64,000 nt of DNA, taken from NCBI RefSeq assembly GCF_009914755.1, contig NC_060927.1. One strand, given 5' to 3'. This document shows, one piece after another, positions 32,120-47,954 of this stretch. Numbering within the stretch: the first letter of the stretch is position 1; the number at the start of each line of letters is the position of its first letter. The position numbers and the translations under genes were made by a program. The stretch comes from the human T2T-CHM13v2.0 reference genome, Homo sapiens. A model generated the notes under the pieces. The model had not been told where the DNA came from, did no database searches, and saw only the letters and a program-made list of their open reading frames with translations.

Positions 32120-33595
32120 ATTAATAATCTTAATATATTTATGAGAAAACATCAGATAAATCTAAATTCTACAAAATACTTTATCACTACTCTTCAAAAA
32201 TGTGTTAAGGTCATGAAAGTTTGAGAACTTTATGGATCAAGGGGAGTTAAGAAGGCACGATGACTATATACAATGAGGTATGTTTGACTGGATCTAAGAA
32301 GAAAAAAGAGGAGTTAATTAAATTTAAAAACCTGGGTTAATCAAGTCTCTAGTTTAGTTAGTAGTATTACACCAGTGTTAAATTTTTACATTTGATAAAC
32401 ATACCAAGTGTTATGGGATCTCTGGGTGTTGATTTTTCTGGCTGGAAACCTCTGTGGCCACATCACTTTTGCCTGAGCCCTTGTCCTGCATCCAGAAAGA
32501 ATGAGGTACGCAGACAAGTGAAGGGTGTAGAAGAGTTTTATTTAGTGTTAGGATAGCTCAGAGGAGTGGGTAGCTCCTCTCTGTAGGCAGTTCGTCCAGC
32601 AGAGTGTTCAGCTCCTAGCAGAGAGGAGGCCCTCGAGAGGGTGTCTCCTCTCCACAGGCAAGTCATTCCCATGTCTCTGCAGGTCTCTGAAGTTCTCAGC
32701 AGAGGAGGCAGCTTCTCTCTGCCAGCAGGTCACTGTCTGCAGCCTCAGCAGAGAGGGTACTCCTCTGGGCAGCTTGTCTTCCCATCATCCTCAGCTATCA
32801 GCTGAGATGGTACTCATCTCTGCAGCTATCTGCTCCTCTCTGCAGCTATCTACAGCTAGTGGTCGTCGGGTCCCGTCATCTCTCTGCCCTCTTCATCCTC
32901 TGTCCATCCTCTGCCCTCCTCTGGCTGAGCTCAGGGCTTTTATGGACCTCAGAGGGGAAGAAGTGCATGCTTACTAGCCCATGAATGACCATGGGAGGGC
33001 CCAGAAGAGCCCAGCCTTCAGGCTCTCCCTGGCCCAAAGGTGAGGCCTTACTGAGGACCCATTCCGTTCAGAACTCTGCCTCCTGCTGCCATTCATGGCC
33101 CTGGGGCTCGACCCCAACCCTGCTTGGAGATGGGAGCAGATGCCGGGAATGGAGAGAGTCCGGGCAGACATCTTTGAGCCTGCAAAGATAGGGGAGAGGG
33201 GTTTCCTTCCTGGGGCCTCCAAAGGTGCAGGCTGCAGAGACACCCGGCTCCTGCACCTAGGAGGGCGGCAGCAGCCACACTGGCACCCGGGAAGGCAGAT
33301 CCTCCCTGCTCCTGGCCCTCCCCTAAGAGCACAGGGAGGCTCGGATCCACACCTGCAGCTTGGGTGGCTGTAGCCCCGCGCAGGAGGGTGGGGCTCCAGC
33401 CTGCTCAGTTGAACAGGAGCCCTGGGTCTGCAGTTGCATTGGATGGCAACCGGGGAGCTCCAGTCCCAACTGGAGCCATCACAAGGATGTACGATGTTGA
33501 CATTAGAGGAAAATAGGTGAAGGATAAGTAGGAACACTTTATATGATCTTTGCAACTCTTTTGTAGATCTAAAGTTATTTCAAAATAAAAAAAAT
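32120..33595 (+). mobile_element. L1MC/MD-type 3'UTR fragment split by MER52
   Basis: atgagaaaacatcagataaatc ... tttgataaacatacca, then after MER52 gatgttgacattagaggaaa...tttgcaactcttttgtagatctaaagttatttcaaaataaaaa. Confidence 0.7.
32409..33481 (-). mobile_element. MER52-family ERV1 solo LTR
   Basis: tgttatgggatc...ctggaaacctctgtggcca...gaatgaggtacgcagacaagtg; GC-rich with internal repeats; TG..CA termini; 4-bp TSD CAAG at 32405-32408 and 33482-33485. Confidence 0.85.
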
Positions 33596-34596
33596 TAAAG
33601 TCATCCAGATTGGAAAGGAAAAAATAACCTTTATTCATAGATGATGACTGACTCTGAGTAAAATATATTAAAAATCTACAAAAGAGTTACTAGAACCAAT
33701 ATATAAGTTTAGCAAATTTTCAGGATCAGTGTCAATATACCAAAAGTATTTAATCTATACTGATAATGAACAAGTTGGAGTTAAAATTTAAAATAGCCCT
33801 TACAATAGCATCAATATATGAAGTTCATAAGGGTACATTTGTTAATAGATATGCAAGAACTATACATTGAAAAATACAAAACATTGCTGAAAGTAAACAA
33901 GCAAGACATAAATAAATGGAATGATAGGCCTTTTTCATGTATTAGAAAACTAATATGTTATCAGTATTACTCAGATTTATCTGAGATTCAATTCTATATC
34001 AAACAAAATTCTAGCAGGATTTTTAATAGGAATTGACAATCTGATTCTAATATTCATATACAAATTCAAAGTACCTAGATTAGCCAAAAAGAAAAGGAGA
34101 GAGATCAAAGTTGGAGAGGTTGCACTATGTGATCTTAAGGCATACTACACACAGTGTGTTATTGACATAAATTTAGAAAATAGATCAATAAAGCAGAATG
34201 CAGAGCACAGAAGTAGACTCATACATTCATGGTCTATTGATTTTTGACAAAAGTGCAAAGGCAATTCAATGGAAAAAGGACAGGTTCTTCAATAAACGAT
34301 GCTTGAATAATTTAATATTCATATACAGCAAAAACCTCAATTCATACCTAAAACCATAAACAAAAACTTAAATAGATGATAGACTAAATGTAAAATCAAA
34401 AAACTATAAACTTATGAAAAGAAACACTAAAAAAAATCTCTGTGACATTAGATTAGAGAGACTTTTATGCTACACCAAAATTATATTCTATAAAAGAAGT
34501 AATTTAGCAGTGGACATCATCAAAATTCAGAATTCTCTCTCTGAAAGACATTCTTAAAAAAGTGAAAAGATATATTTGCAAATCACAGATCTTTTA

Positions 34597-35013
<417 letters not shown>

Positions 35014-35052
35014 TTATTCCTTAGAGTCAATATGCATACTAAAACAACAAGG

Positions 35053-35340
<288 letters not shown>

Positions 35341-35648
35341 CAACAACGAGATAACCACTAATACCCACTAGAATGTGTAAAATTTTAAAAGGCGTGACCA
35401 TATACTAAGTGCTGGTAAAAATGTAGAGCAACTAGAACTTTTGTATACACCTGATGGCAATGTAAAATGGTGCAACCACCTTGGAAAACAGTTTGACAAT
35501 GTCTTAAAATAGTAAAAATATACCCGTCATACGACCCATCCTTTCCTTTCTTAGAATTTTACCCAAGATAATTGGTAGCATATATTCACATAAGGATTTG
35601 TACACAGATGTTCATAGTCACTTTATGTAATAGTAAAAACTGAAAACA

Positions 35649-36139
<491 letters not shown>

Positions 36140-37281
36140 TTATATTTATATAAAATTCTTGGAAATATAAACAAATCATAGTGGCAGAAAGTAAATCAGA
36201 GTTTGCCTGTGGTCAGAGGATAGGTTGGTGGGGAAAGGCAGGAGGGAAGAATTATAGAAGAAGCTTTTGGATATGAAAGATATGTTCATTATATTAGTTG
36301 AGATAATAATTTCCCAAGTGTACACAGGTGTCAAAATTTATAAAGTTATATAGTTTAAATATTTTCAGCTGGTATATGTAAAGTAAACCTTTTAAGAAGC
36401 TATAAAAGTGACCCATAAAAATACTAGCATAGTGGCATAGAGCTCTGTCAAAACCTCTAATTAAGTGATACTTACTGACTTTTATCAAATTATACATGCT
36501 ACCTAAAACCATGCACCTTACATAAATTTGTATATACCATCTGTATCATCCAAAACAGATACTTGTTGGGGCAGAAAAACCACATAATGCTTGAGCCCAA
36601 TTCTAGTATTATATTTTCAGAAGTGGAAAATGAAAAAAATCTGTAAATTGTGAGGAAAAAACTAGACAGATTCTGTTCTTTATGATTTCACCATTAGCCC
36701 CGTATTAGAGAGGACAAATTTGTTTGGAAAAATTAATATCAGGTCTTCCAACTTCTCAGATCTGACTGCGCTCTTGAATTTTCAGAATATTGCGCTTGGG
36801 TCGGCTGACTATGATCATCATCCTCACCCAACTAAAAGGCATAAGTGCTTCATTTGTGCAGAGTTGACACTGAATACAGAGCATGTTGAACACTGCACAC
36901 AATTATCCCCATCCTCCAGGAATGCAATGTCTCAGGACATGTGCAATGTCAAAAATGAATGGTCTTGTCAAGATAATTCTCAGCACTGGATATGTGGCAG
37001 GAGCTTATCTTCTCCTTGGTGCCATTGGGTCAGTGGAGGGCATCAGTTTTAAGACAATCCCATTGGCTTTTGACAAAATGATGTATTTGCCTGAATTTGC
37101 CTTTAACATTTTTCTTTTTTGCTCAGGCTTTTAGCTAAATGTACAAATAGCTTTTCCAATCAGCTTTGTATTTTCCTTCTCTTTCTCAACTATTCCCCAC
37201 CCCAGGCTCTAGTAAGCACCATTCTACTCTATGAATATGACTATTTTAGATTCCACATGTAAGTGAGGTCGTGTGGTATTT

Positions 37282-37646
<365 letters not shown>

Positions 37647-37822
37647 TAACGTAAGTCCTCCAGATACATCCATATTTTTGCAAATGGCAGGAACTCTTTC
37701 TAAAGCTGAGTAATATCCCATGTGTATATATACTACATTTCCTTTATCCATTCATCCATTCATCTACTGATAGTTGATTCCATACCTTGGCTATTATAAA
37801 TAATGTTGCAATGAACATGGGA

Positions 37823-38152
37823 GGCTGGGTGCAATGGCTCATGCCTGTCATCCTACCATGATTATGAAAGGCTGAGGTAGGCAGATTGCTTGAGCCCAGG
37901 AGTTCAAGACCAGCCTGGGCAACAGGCAAAACTCTGTCTCTTCAAAAAAAAAATAATAATAATACAAAAAGAAATTAGTCAGGCATGAAGGCATGGTAGT
38001 GCACACCTGTAGTCCAAGCTACTTAGAAAGATGAGGGGGAAGGATCACCTGAGCCTGGGAGGTCAAGGCTACAGTGAGCTGTGATTGCACCACTCCACTC
38101 CAGCATGGGTGACAGAGTGAGACCTTGTCTCAAAAAAACAAAAACAAAACAA
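37823..38152 (+). mobile_element. AluJ
   Basis: gattgcttgagcccaggagttc and ggaggtcaaggctacagtgag; TSD aacatgg. Confidence 0.92.
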
Positions 38153-38319
38153 AACATGGAAGTACAGTGCAGTTGATATCTCTTTGACATACTGATTACA
38201 TTACCTTTGGGTACATAACCATATTGGGATTGCTAGATTATATGTTATTTTCTATGTATATTGACATCAGTAGCAGATAATCCTAAGGCAACCCAAGGTA
38301 TGTTTGAAAATTTGTAGGC

Positions 38320-38425
38320 TTTAGATAGAGCACCTAGAAGGCTGGGACAAGGTCTGTATCACTTCTATATAGTACATTTCTTGGCATGAACTACTCAATG
38401 AATGAATGAATGAATGAATGAACAA
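38320..38425 (+). mobile_element. L2 3' end with (GAAT)n tail
   Basis: cacctagaaggctgggac...ttggcatg...ctcaatgaatgaatgaatgaatgaatgaa. Confidence 0.65.
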
Positions 38426-38660
38426 GTGAAATAAAAAGTGTATTTGTTCTTCAGAAAAGTATGTTCCAGATATGTAAGTGGTTGGCATTGTGTATTCTTT
38501 GTCTGCTGCTGCATAAAACACCCCCAATAGTTGGCAGCTTAAAACAATTAACATTTATTATTCTCACAGTTTCTTCAGGTCAGGAATTCAAGAGTGGCAT
38601 AGCTGAGCTATCTGGCTTAGGGTTTCCCATTAGACATTGCAGTTAAGATGTCAGCCAGGG

Positions 38661-38744
38661 GAGCTTGCCGTGAGCCGAGATCGTGCCACTACACTCCAGC
38701 CTGGGCAACAATGCAAGACTCTGTCTCAAAAAAAAAAAAAAAAA
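38661..38744 (+). mobile_element. Severely 5'-truncated AluY (about 67 bp plus A-tail)
   Basis: gagcttgc (Y diagnostic); perfect 16-bp TSD aagatgtcagccaggg at 38645-38660 and 38745-38760. Confidence 0.92.
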
Positions 38745-38946
38745 AAGATGTCAGCCAGGGCTGTCATCATCTGAAGTCTTGCCTGAGCTAAACGACTCTC
38801 TTCCATAATAGGTTGTTGGTAGGAGGTCTCAGCTCCTCACCCTGTAAGCCCCTTTATACAGCTGCATGGATTCTTTATGATATGGCATCTAGCTTCCCCA
38901 AGAATGAATGGTCCTAGAAAACAAGGTGGAAGCTGCAGTGATTTTT

Positions 38947-40998
<2,052 letters not shown>

Positions 40999-41354
40999 TA
41001 GCCTTATAAGTCACACCCCACCATTTCTGCAATATCTTATTGATATGCAGGCCAGTCCTATTTGCTGTTGGAGTGGACTAACAAAACCATTAAATAGCAA
41101 GAGAGGAGAGTAAAGAACGTTATCTTGGAGTCTGTATAGGACACTATGCTTCAGATTCATTAAACCATTCCACCATCTATTGTGACATTGACACCTACAC
41201 ACTCCTTGAACTTTGTCAAAACCATCATGTTCACTATCACCATGATTTTGTGCCCTCCATTTACTTGTCTATATTAACCACAGGTTCTTTTTGTAGGTAC
41301 TCAACAAAAGGAATCAATAAACTTTAATTGAAAGATAATAAATGTGTGTGCTGA

Positions 41355-41812
41355 TACTGTTGGTGCTCCACTCAGATTCACTCTGATCCTAATCCCTTTT
41401 ACTACTTTTATTAATTCCTCTTCTGGCTTCTGTTTGCTGTTGCCTGCACCTGCAACTGTTTTTGAAAGACTTCCTTTCTAGAGCCACTTCACCTGCCTAC
41501 TCAGAGAGCTGTAAATGTCTGAAATTCTATGTCCCCTTGGGGCAGTTTTTAGTCAGTAACTGAATGATGTGAGAGTATGAGATTCTAGCTCAGTGGTTTT
41601 GGGTTAAATATAAATTATGAATGACTTACTATAGATTCCCTTTCACAATGTGACTGAAACTCTCTGTCTGATATCACATCTTGTTTAATTTCTTCTTCTT
41701 CACACCCCTACATGCCACACACCCCAGTTTCTCCAGAGATCCCTGCCCTAAAAAAAGATTTGCACGTGAATCCTTGTCTCAGGCTTTGATTCTGGAAAAT
41801 CTGACCTAAGAC
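41355..41812 (+). mobile_element. ERVL LTR (LTR16-like)
   Basis: ccccttggggcag...; 3' end cacgtgaatccttgtctcaggctttgattctggaaaatctgacctaagaca. Confidence 0.62.
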
Positions 41813-41824
41813 AAACTACATGCT

Positions 41825-42405
41825 TATAGCCACAAGGAATGGAAAATTCAACTCAGACAGGCTTAAACAATAAGGGAGGTTTATTGGCTCAGATAACTGG
41901 ATATTTTTGCGACAGGGAAAGTCTCAATGATCAGTGATGACGTGTAGTACATGTTTTCTTTGTCTTTCTTCCCTCCCTTATGTTTCATCTTTAAGCTGCC
42001 TTCCCACAAGGTGGAAAAATGGCTGCAGTACTACCAGCCTTTACATTGGCAAAACATCATCCCTAAGAGGAGAAGCCATCTCTTAGGATAACTTCTTTAC
42101 AGAAGCAAGAATGATTTTCCCCCAGTTTTCTGATAAAAAAAATCACCTTATATCTTTTTTTGTCTTGATTTGGGTCATGTGCCTAATACTTTACCAGTCT
42201 CTGTGAACCAAGAGATGACCTGGTCTGGGTGGTCACTATGACAAAGGAAATAGAGATAAATGGTTGGGTTGGTCCCACCAGTGCCCACTTCTGACTTAAG
42301 GGTAGGGTCATCTTATCCACACAAAAAAGACAACTGAATATCAACCGGGTCCTGTTAGAAAGTCAGAATTGGGGGCTAGATGCTAAAAAGGTAGGAAATA
42401 AATGT
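41825..42405 (-). mobile_element. Old MaLR LTR (MLT1J/K-like)
   Basis: aactcagacaggcttaaacaataagggaggtttattggctca ... aaaatggctgc ... tgggtcatgtgcc. Confidence 0.6.
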
Positions 42406-42511
42406 TCTATCCACTCCACTCTGGTAGAGTCTTAGGAAGAGTTTAATGACATTGGCTTTGGAATGGAAAGAAAAACCAAGACCTCAACTCTCTGGAAGAG
42501 CACATGGACCC

Positions 42512-42897
42512 TGAATTAGACCGTTCTGACATTGCAATAAGGTACTATCTGAGCCTGGGTAATTTATGAAGAAAAGGTGTTTAATTGACTCACAGTTCCA
42601 CAGGCCGTACAGGAAGCATGGCTACAGAAGTGTCAAGAAAATTACAATCATGGCAAAAAGTGAAGGAGAAGCAGGCACATCTTCACATGGCAGAGCAGGA
42701 GAGAGACAGAGTGAAGTGGGGAGTGCTATACGCTATCAAACAACCAGATCTCCTGAGAACTGACTCACTGTCACAAGAGAAGCAATGGAGAAGTCCACTC
42801 CCATGATCCAATCACCTCTCACCAGGCCCCTCCTTCAACACTGAGAATTACAATTTGGTATGAGATTTGGGTGGGGACACAGAGCCAAACCATAGCA
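42512..42897 (-). mobile_element. MSTA/THE1D-like solo LTR
   Basis: ctgggtaatttatgaagaaaag...acaggaagcatgg...gagatttgggtggggacacagagccaaaccatagca; TSD GACCC at 42507-42511 and 42898-42902. Confidence 0.92.
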
Positions 42898-43594
42898 GAC
42901 CCTCCTTCTAAAGTTCTACCGCCTTAATGTTTTTCAGGACTGATCCGTTTTGCTCTTGGTTTCTTCATCCAAATATTAAAATTCCTCAGATCACAACTCT
43001 GATTGGCACAACTTTGTTCAATCATTATGGCCAAAGGGGCAGGATCATCCAGTAAAGGCACTGCTACCTCAGGTCCACTTTTACATGCTGAGGCCATTCC
43101 CAGAAAAGGAAGCCTGGCTGTTGGAAAGGCATTTCCTCCTGGAGGTGGTTCTAACCATGCAATGCCCTTAGGGATAGGAAGCTAATTAGTCTCTGATTGG
43201 ATTCATCTTCATTCTCAGGACTGCATTAACACCATTAGAAGCCCTGAGGTCTGATTACCACACCTCCCAAATCACTAAATATAATTCAAAATGGAAACAA
43301 TTCTTACCATAACATCAATGTAGAGATTTGATAAAATTGTGTGATTTTGCATGTTCATAGTTTCAATGCTTTTTTTCTTATTTTCTTAAAGTGCCAATAG
43401 GACTCTAAGCCTTCGTTTAGTGTTCTTTTTTAGTGATCCAACATGGATTGCTCTCATAAAGTATGCTAAAGAATTCAGAATCAAACTCAATGAATACAGT
43501 AAGTACATAGTGAAGCGTGAGTAGGGATACAGGAAATGCAAGAGTGCTGTGTCTTATGCTGCCATTATTAAAGGACACTGCCAGGCACTGCTGA

Positions 43595-43993
43595 TGACCC
43601 TCACAAATTTTATCAGTGCTTGCTGTTTCCAACACTCCAAGGGTTTCCTCCTGCTTGCACCTGCAACTTGACATCTGAGTATTTTCTCTGACCAAAGAAG
43701 TATGCCTGGCCTAGGCAGAGTCCTGTGGAGTTAACGTCTCTGGCAACAATTTTTGGCCAATAAGGAATGTGATGAAGATTAAATAGTCTACTTCTCGTGT
43801 GGGACAACTGTGGCAATTTACAACCATTTCCCAGAGTCTCCCAGCAGCACTTAGCCTCATTTGACCACATTGGATTTTTCCCTTCCTGGACTCCCTTCTA
43901 TTCTTTTTGGGTGATCCTAGGGATTATCTTTCAAATAAACTTCTTGTAGTCAAATCATTAAGTCAGAAGTCTGTGGGAACTCAACCAAAGACA
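43595..43993 (+). mobile_element. ERVL LTR (LTR16-like)
   Basis: ttcccagagtctcccagcag...cttcaaataaacttcttg..caaatc...gggaactcaaccaaagaca. Confidence 0.5.
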
Positions 43994-44425
43994 GAATCCA
44001 GGGAGAGGCTATAACCAAGGGAAGGCTGTGGCCTGGCCACTTAGAACTCATATAAGTTCTACTTTCTAGATGAGGTGATAAATTCAGAGTAGGACACAAC
44101 CTCACAGGAAGAGAAACTAGACTTTCTCCATACACTGGCATGATCAGTGTTTTAGTGTTAAACTTCTCTTATGTAAGTATACATTACTAATGATATGCAA
44201 GAAATTCAATGAGTAATTTTACAGTGAGACAGCGTTTGTTTTAGGAATCAGTATACTTTTCTGTCTATGGTGCCCCTATCAAAGTGCCTGAAGCCCAGTG
44301 AATAATCATAAAGTTGCTACATTGGCAATGATGTAGGACAAAAGGAAATAGGTGTTTATAACATCATTTATCCGGGCCATGATGATGTCTGATGAACCTC
44401 CCCTGCCCTACAGTAGAGACCTCTC

Positions 44426-44587
44426 TTTTTTTTTTTTATTATACTTTAAGTTTTAGGGTACATGTGCACAACGTGCAGGTTAGTTACATTTGTATACATG
44501 TGCCATGTTGGTGTGCTGCACCCATTAACTCGTCATTTAACATTAGGTATATCTCCTAATGCTATCCCTCCCCCTCTCCCCACCCCA
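44426..44587 (-). mobile_element. L1PA (PA3/4-like) extreme 3' end, about 160 bp
   Basis: ttattatactttaagttttagggtacatgtgcacaacgtgcagg ... gctatccctccccctctccccacccca. Confidence 0.93.
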
Positions 44588-46859
44588 GGCAGAATTCTTG
44601 TGATCCCCAGGTTTAGAGGCTCTCTCTGCAACAATGGTAGACTGTTCAGTTGGTATCTCAAGAGTACAGCAAATTACCACTTATAACTGAAATATTCCTT
44701 CTCCACGTGGAACAACCAATCTATAATCATACTCCCTGGCACACAGTCTCCTCTGCATAATGTGGGCTTTTTTTATTTTCACTCCTTAAGGACAAGTATT
44801 TTCATTCCATCTTTCCAAGTATTGAGTAGAGACCTCACAATTGCCTATGTACTATTTTTTAAAATGCTTTTTATACTTCATTCTCTTCCAAAAATAAGAT
44901 AGCTCAAAATAATGCATACAATGCCACAAGAAAATATAAATTAGAAAAAGGTGATGGAAAATATAGGTAAAATCAAGAGATGTGTCACAAAATGGAGCTA
45001 AAATGATATTAAACCAATATGACATGGCATTTTTGACTCTAAATTTTCTTAACACTGTTTAAGGGATTAAATCTACAAATATAAACCCACTTGTAGAAGT
45101 TCCAGTGTTCATATCTCCTGGAAACCAATGTTTGTTCTCTATCTGGGACACAAGATCTTTTGCTCATCCACACAGGAGCCTCCACTGAATTGAAGGTAGT
45201 GTATGTCCAAAGCACTTACAAGTGTCCTTGCCACCTTAAAACAAAACAGTCATAACCAAAGTGTTGTTCTCCTCCACTTCTTGCATCCTCTCCACCAAGA
45301 AGAAACAGAATCAGAGAAGTGCCATGAAAATAAATAGAGCTAGTGCTATGTATTTATTTCCAAAGACTTTACTTCTGACAAACAGTAGCTGAAGCCTTTT
45401 ATCATTTGAAGATAATTAAGCTGAAATTATGAATGGCTTTACTGCTATTCAAATAATGCAGGCACTTTCACCTCCCTCTCTTCCTGTACCCTCTTCCCCA
45501 TTTATATTCATGATGATGATTTCCAGAGCTTTTCTCTTTGATTTCCTTACAATGAAATTCACTAAGAGGAGAGCAGAGAGGCTTTTAAGGGGAATTGTAA
45601 GCTTGACAGATTATGACGATTTAAACTATTTTAATTAAGTCCTAAATGCTTTCAGAGAACACAGCAAACCAACAATAATGACAAAGAAACAGGAAAAGGT
45701 CCTCAGCTTTATGGTCAGCAAAATAAATAAAATGAAGTAAACCTATTCTGTTTAATACAAATCTTTTTTTTTTTCTCATGCTGTGCTCATAATGAGCATG
45801 TCCTGGAATTTTACTTCTTGTTGTTATGTGTACTGCAATAGAGCTGTCCAAGCAGCAGCCTTCTCTTCAAATCTTATCTCTCAGATATGAGGTCTTGGCA
45901 TGCTGAAATGCCTATCTTCAGCTTTCATTTGTTGTAAGAAAAGATAACTGCATTTCAGAGATGCATAAAAATCTCACCTTTCAGGCCAAGCTGAAAGCTT
46001 CCTAAGTCCATCTGACTTCCACCACGCAATGTGATCACAGACTGAAGTGACCAAGGGGCTACTCTTTGACATTTCATTTTAACCATTTTGTTGTTAACAT
46101 AGCAGTTATCAAAACCATATCAATCTCCGAAGCCTTCTTTTAAGTAAAGGAATACATGCCATTCTGAACCATTTATTTAAAAGTGCCAAAACCATTCTGA
46201 GGGGTTTTAAGACATAGGAAAGTGTTTTCAAAAATAAGCCACAACTTTCTTAATAATTCTCCGTTTCCTACCTCTCTATAATGGTGGTAAGGCCAATACT
46301 TACCACATAAGACTGATATGAGAATTAAAAGAGAAAATAAACATAAAGTGCTTTGTACAGGATCTGAAAAATAGTAACCACTCATCTAATTAGTTATTTT
46401 TATTAGCAGCATCTTCTTTTTTATAATGACCATATGTTGAGCACACATTTTGTCATGTGCTATAAAAGCACTTTTTTGTATTAGTGTAATGATCTATTAT
46501 CATTACAAGAGCCCTGGAAAACAAGTTCTATAAAATTTGACTTTTTCTGATTACGGAATAGTATATACGCTTTGTAGAAAATATAGGAAAAGGAAAAAAA
46601 ACTGTGCAAAAGAAAATAGAAATAATCTATTATCCAGAATTAAGCACTTTTAATCTCTTAGTGTATTTTGTCCCAATTATTGCCTTTACATATAAAATAC
46701 ATATACTTCACATAATTGGAGCCATGCTGCAAATAAATGTGATCTCTCTTATTGACTTACCTTTATAGCATGAGGCATTTCCTAGAACATTGAATATTTT
46801 AAAATAATATCGGCTATTACACATGCCATTGAAAGAATGCATAATAATGTATTTAACAT

Positions 46860-47000
46860 TCTGCAAGGTAGCTACTGTTGTTCCCAATTTGCAGCTGGAG
46901 ATATTGAAGCTAAGAAAGCTGAGTGATGTGCTGAGACAGAACAGCTTATGGAGAGGAGACCCAGGATTCAAAACCAAGTCTGTCTGACTCTGAAACAGAT
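46860..47000 (-). mobile_element. MIR
   Basis: cccaatttgcagctggagatattgaagct...ccaggattcaaaaccaagtctgtctgactc. Confidence 0.7.
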
Positions 47001-47074
47001 GCTCGGATGCTCCTTCTAAATGCCATTGACCTACCCTGGAGGTCACCAGCAGACATTTCTGTACATCCCTATGG

Positions 47075-47421
47075 CTTTATATCACTCTACAGAAAGCATG
47101 CTTGGCTCCTACATGTCACAGCCTGGAAGTGCCTAGGAGCTAAGTTTCTAGGAGTAACCCTCCCAGGGTGCAATGGAAGTTGGTACCTAAGTACCTGATA
47201 TTTCTCACCCCCTAGTGGAAAATTTCGAGGAGTGTCCCAAATAGTCCCCAGTGGGATGGAGCATCTGCTGCTCACAGCAGTAACCTTATTTGTGCAAGCT
47301 TTATGGTTCTCCTCCCTCCCTGTTTTCCTTTCTTGCTCCCTTACAGTGCTTCCCAAGGAAACAATGTCAGCAAAAACTCTTGCCTGAGTACTTCCTTTTG
47401 AGGGATACTCAAAGTAAGACA
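47075..47421 (+). mobile_element. ERVL LTR (LTR16-like)
   Basis: gtccccagtgggatggagc...gctcacagcagtaacc...gtgcttccca...gggatactcaaagtaagaca. Confidence 0.55.
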
Positions 47422-47584
47422 ATCTCAGTAGTACTCTCAGAATCCCTCAGAGTTGCTTGGGATCTGCCCCACAAACACTCCTTTGCTTATCTTACCATTT
47501 TGCTAATAGATGAATCTCTTTCTGGTGACCGCAGCATTTACAATGTAATGACTTTCATGTTTATAGACTTCATGGCTTAGAAAG

Positions 47585-47954
47585 TGTATCAGTCCATTCT
47601 CATGCTGCTATAAAGGACTACGTGAGACTGGGTAATTTATAAAGAAAAGAGGTTCAATTGACTCACAGTTCCACATGGCTGGGGAGGCCTGAGGAAACTT
47701 ACAATGATGGCAGAATGGGGACGCAAACATGTCCTTATTCACATGATGGCAGGAAGAAGAAAAATGAGTGATGGGGAGAAGAGCTCCTAATAAAACCATC
47801 AGATCTCATGAGAACTCACTCCCACAAGAATAGGATAGGAGAAACTGACCCCATGATTCAACTGTCTCAACCTGGTTCCTCCCATGACATGTCGGGATTA
47901 TGGGAACTACAATTCAAGACGAGATTTGGGTGGGGACATAGTGAAAGCATGTGA
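47585..47954 (-). mobile_element. THE1 (C-like) solo LTR
   Basis: tgtatcagtccattctcatgctgctataaag...gagactgggtaatttataaag...gagatttgggtggggaca; near-TSD gaaag/ggaag. Confidence 0.92.

Noticed and set aside
32974-33555. 193-aa ORF and several overlapping ORFs
   Set aside because: They lie in the GC-rich MER52 LTR, where stops are scarce. ORFs occur in many frames on both strands with no recognisable domain.
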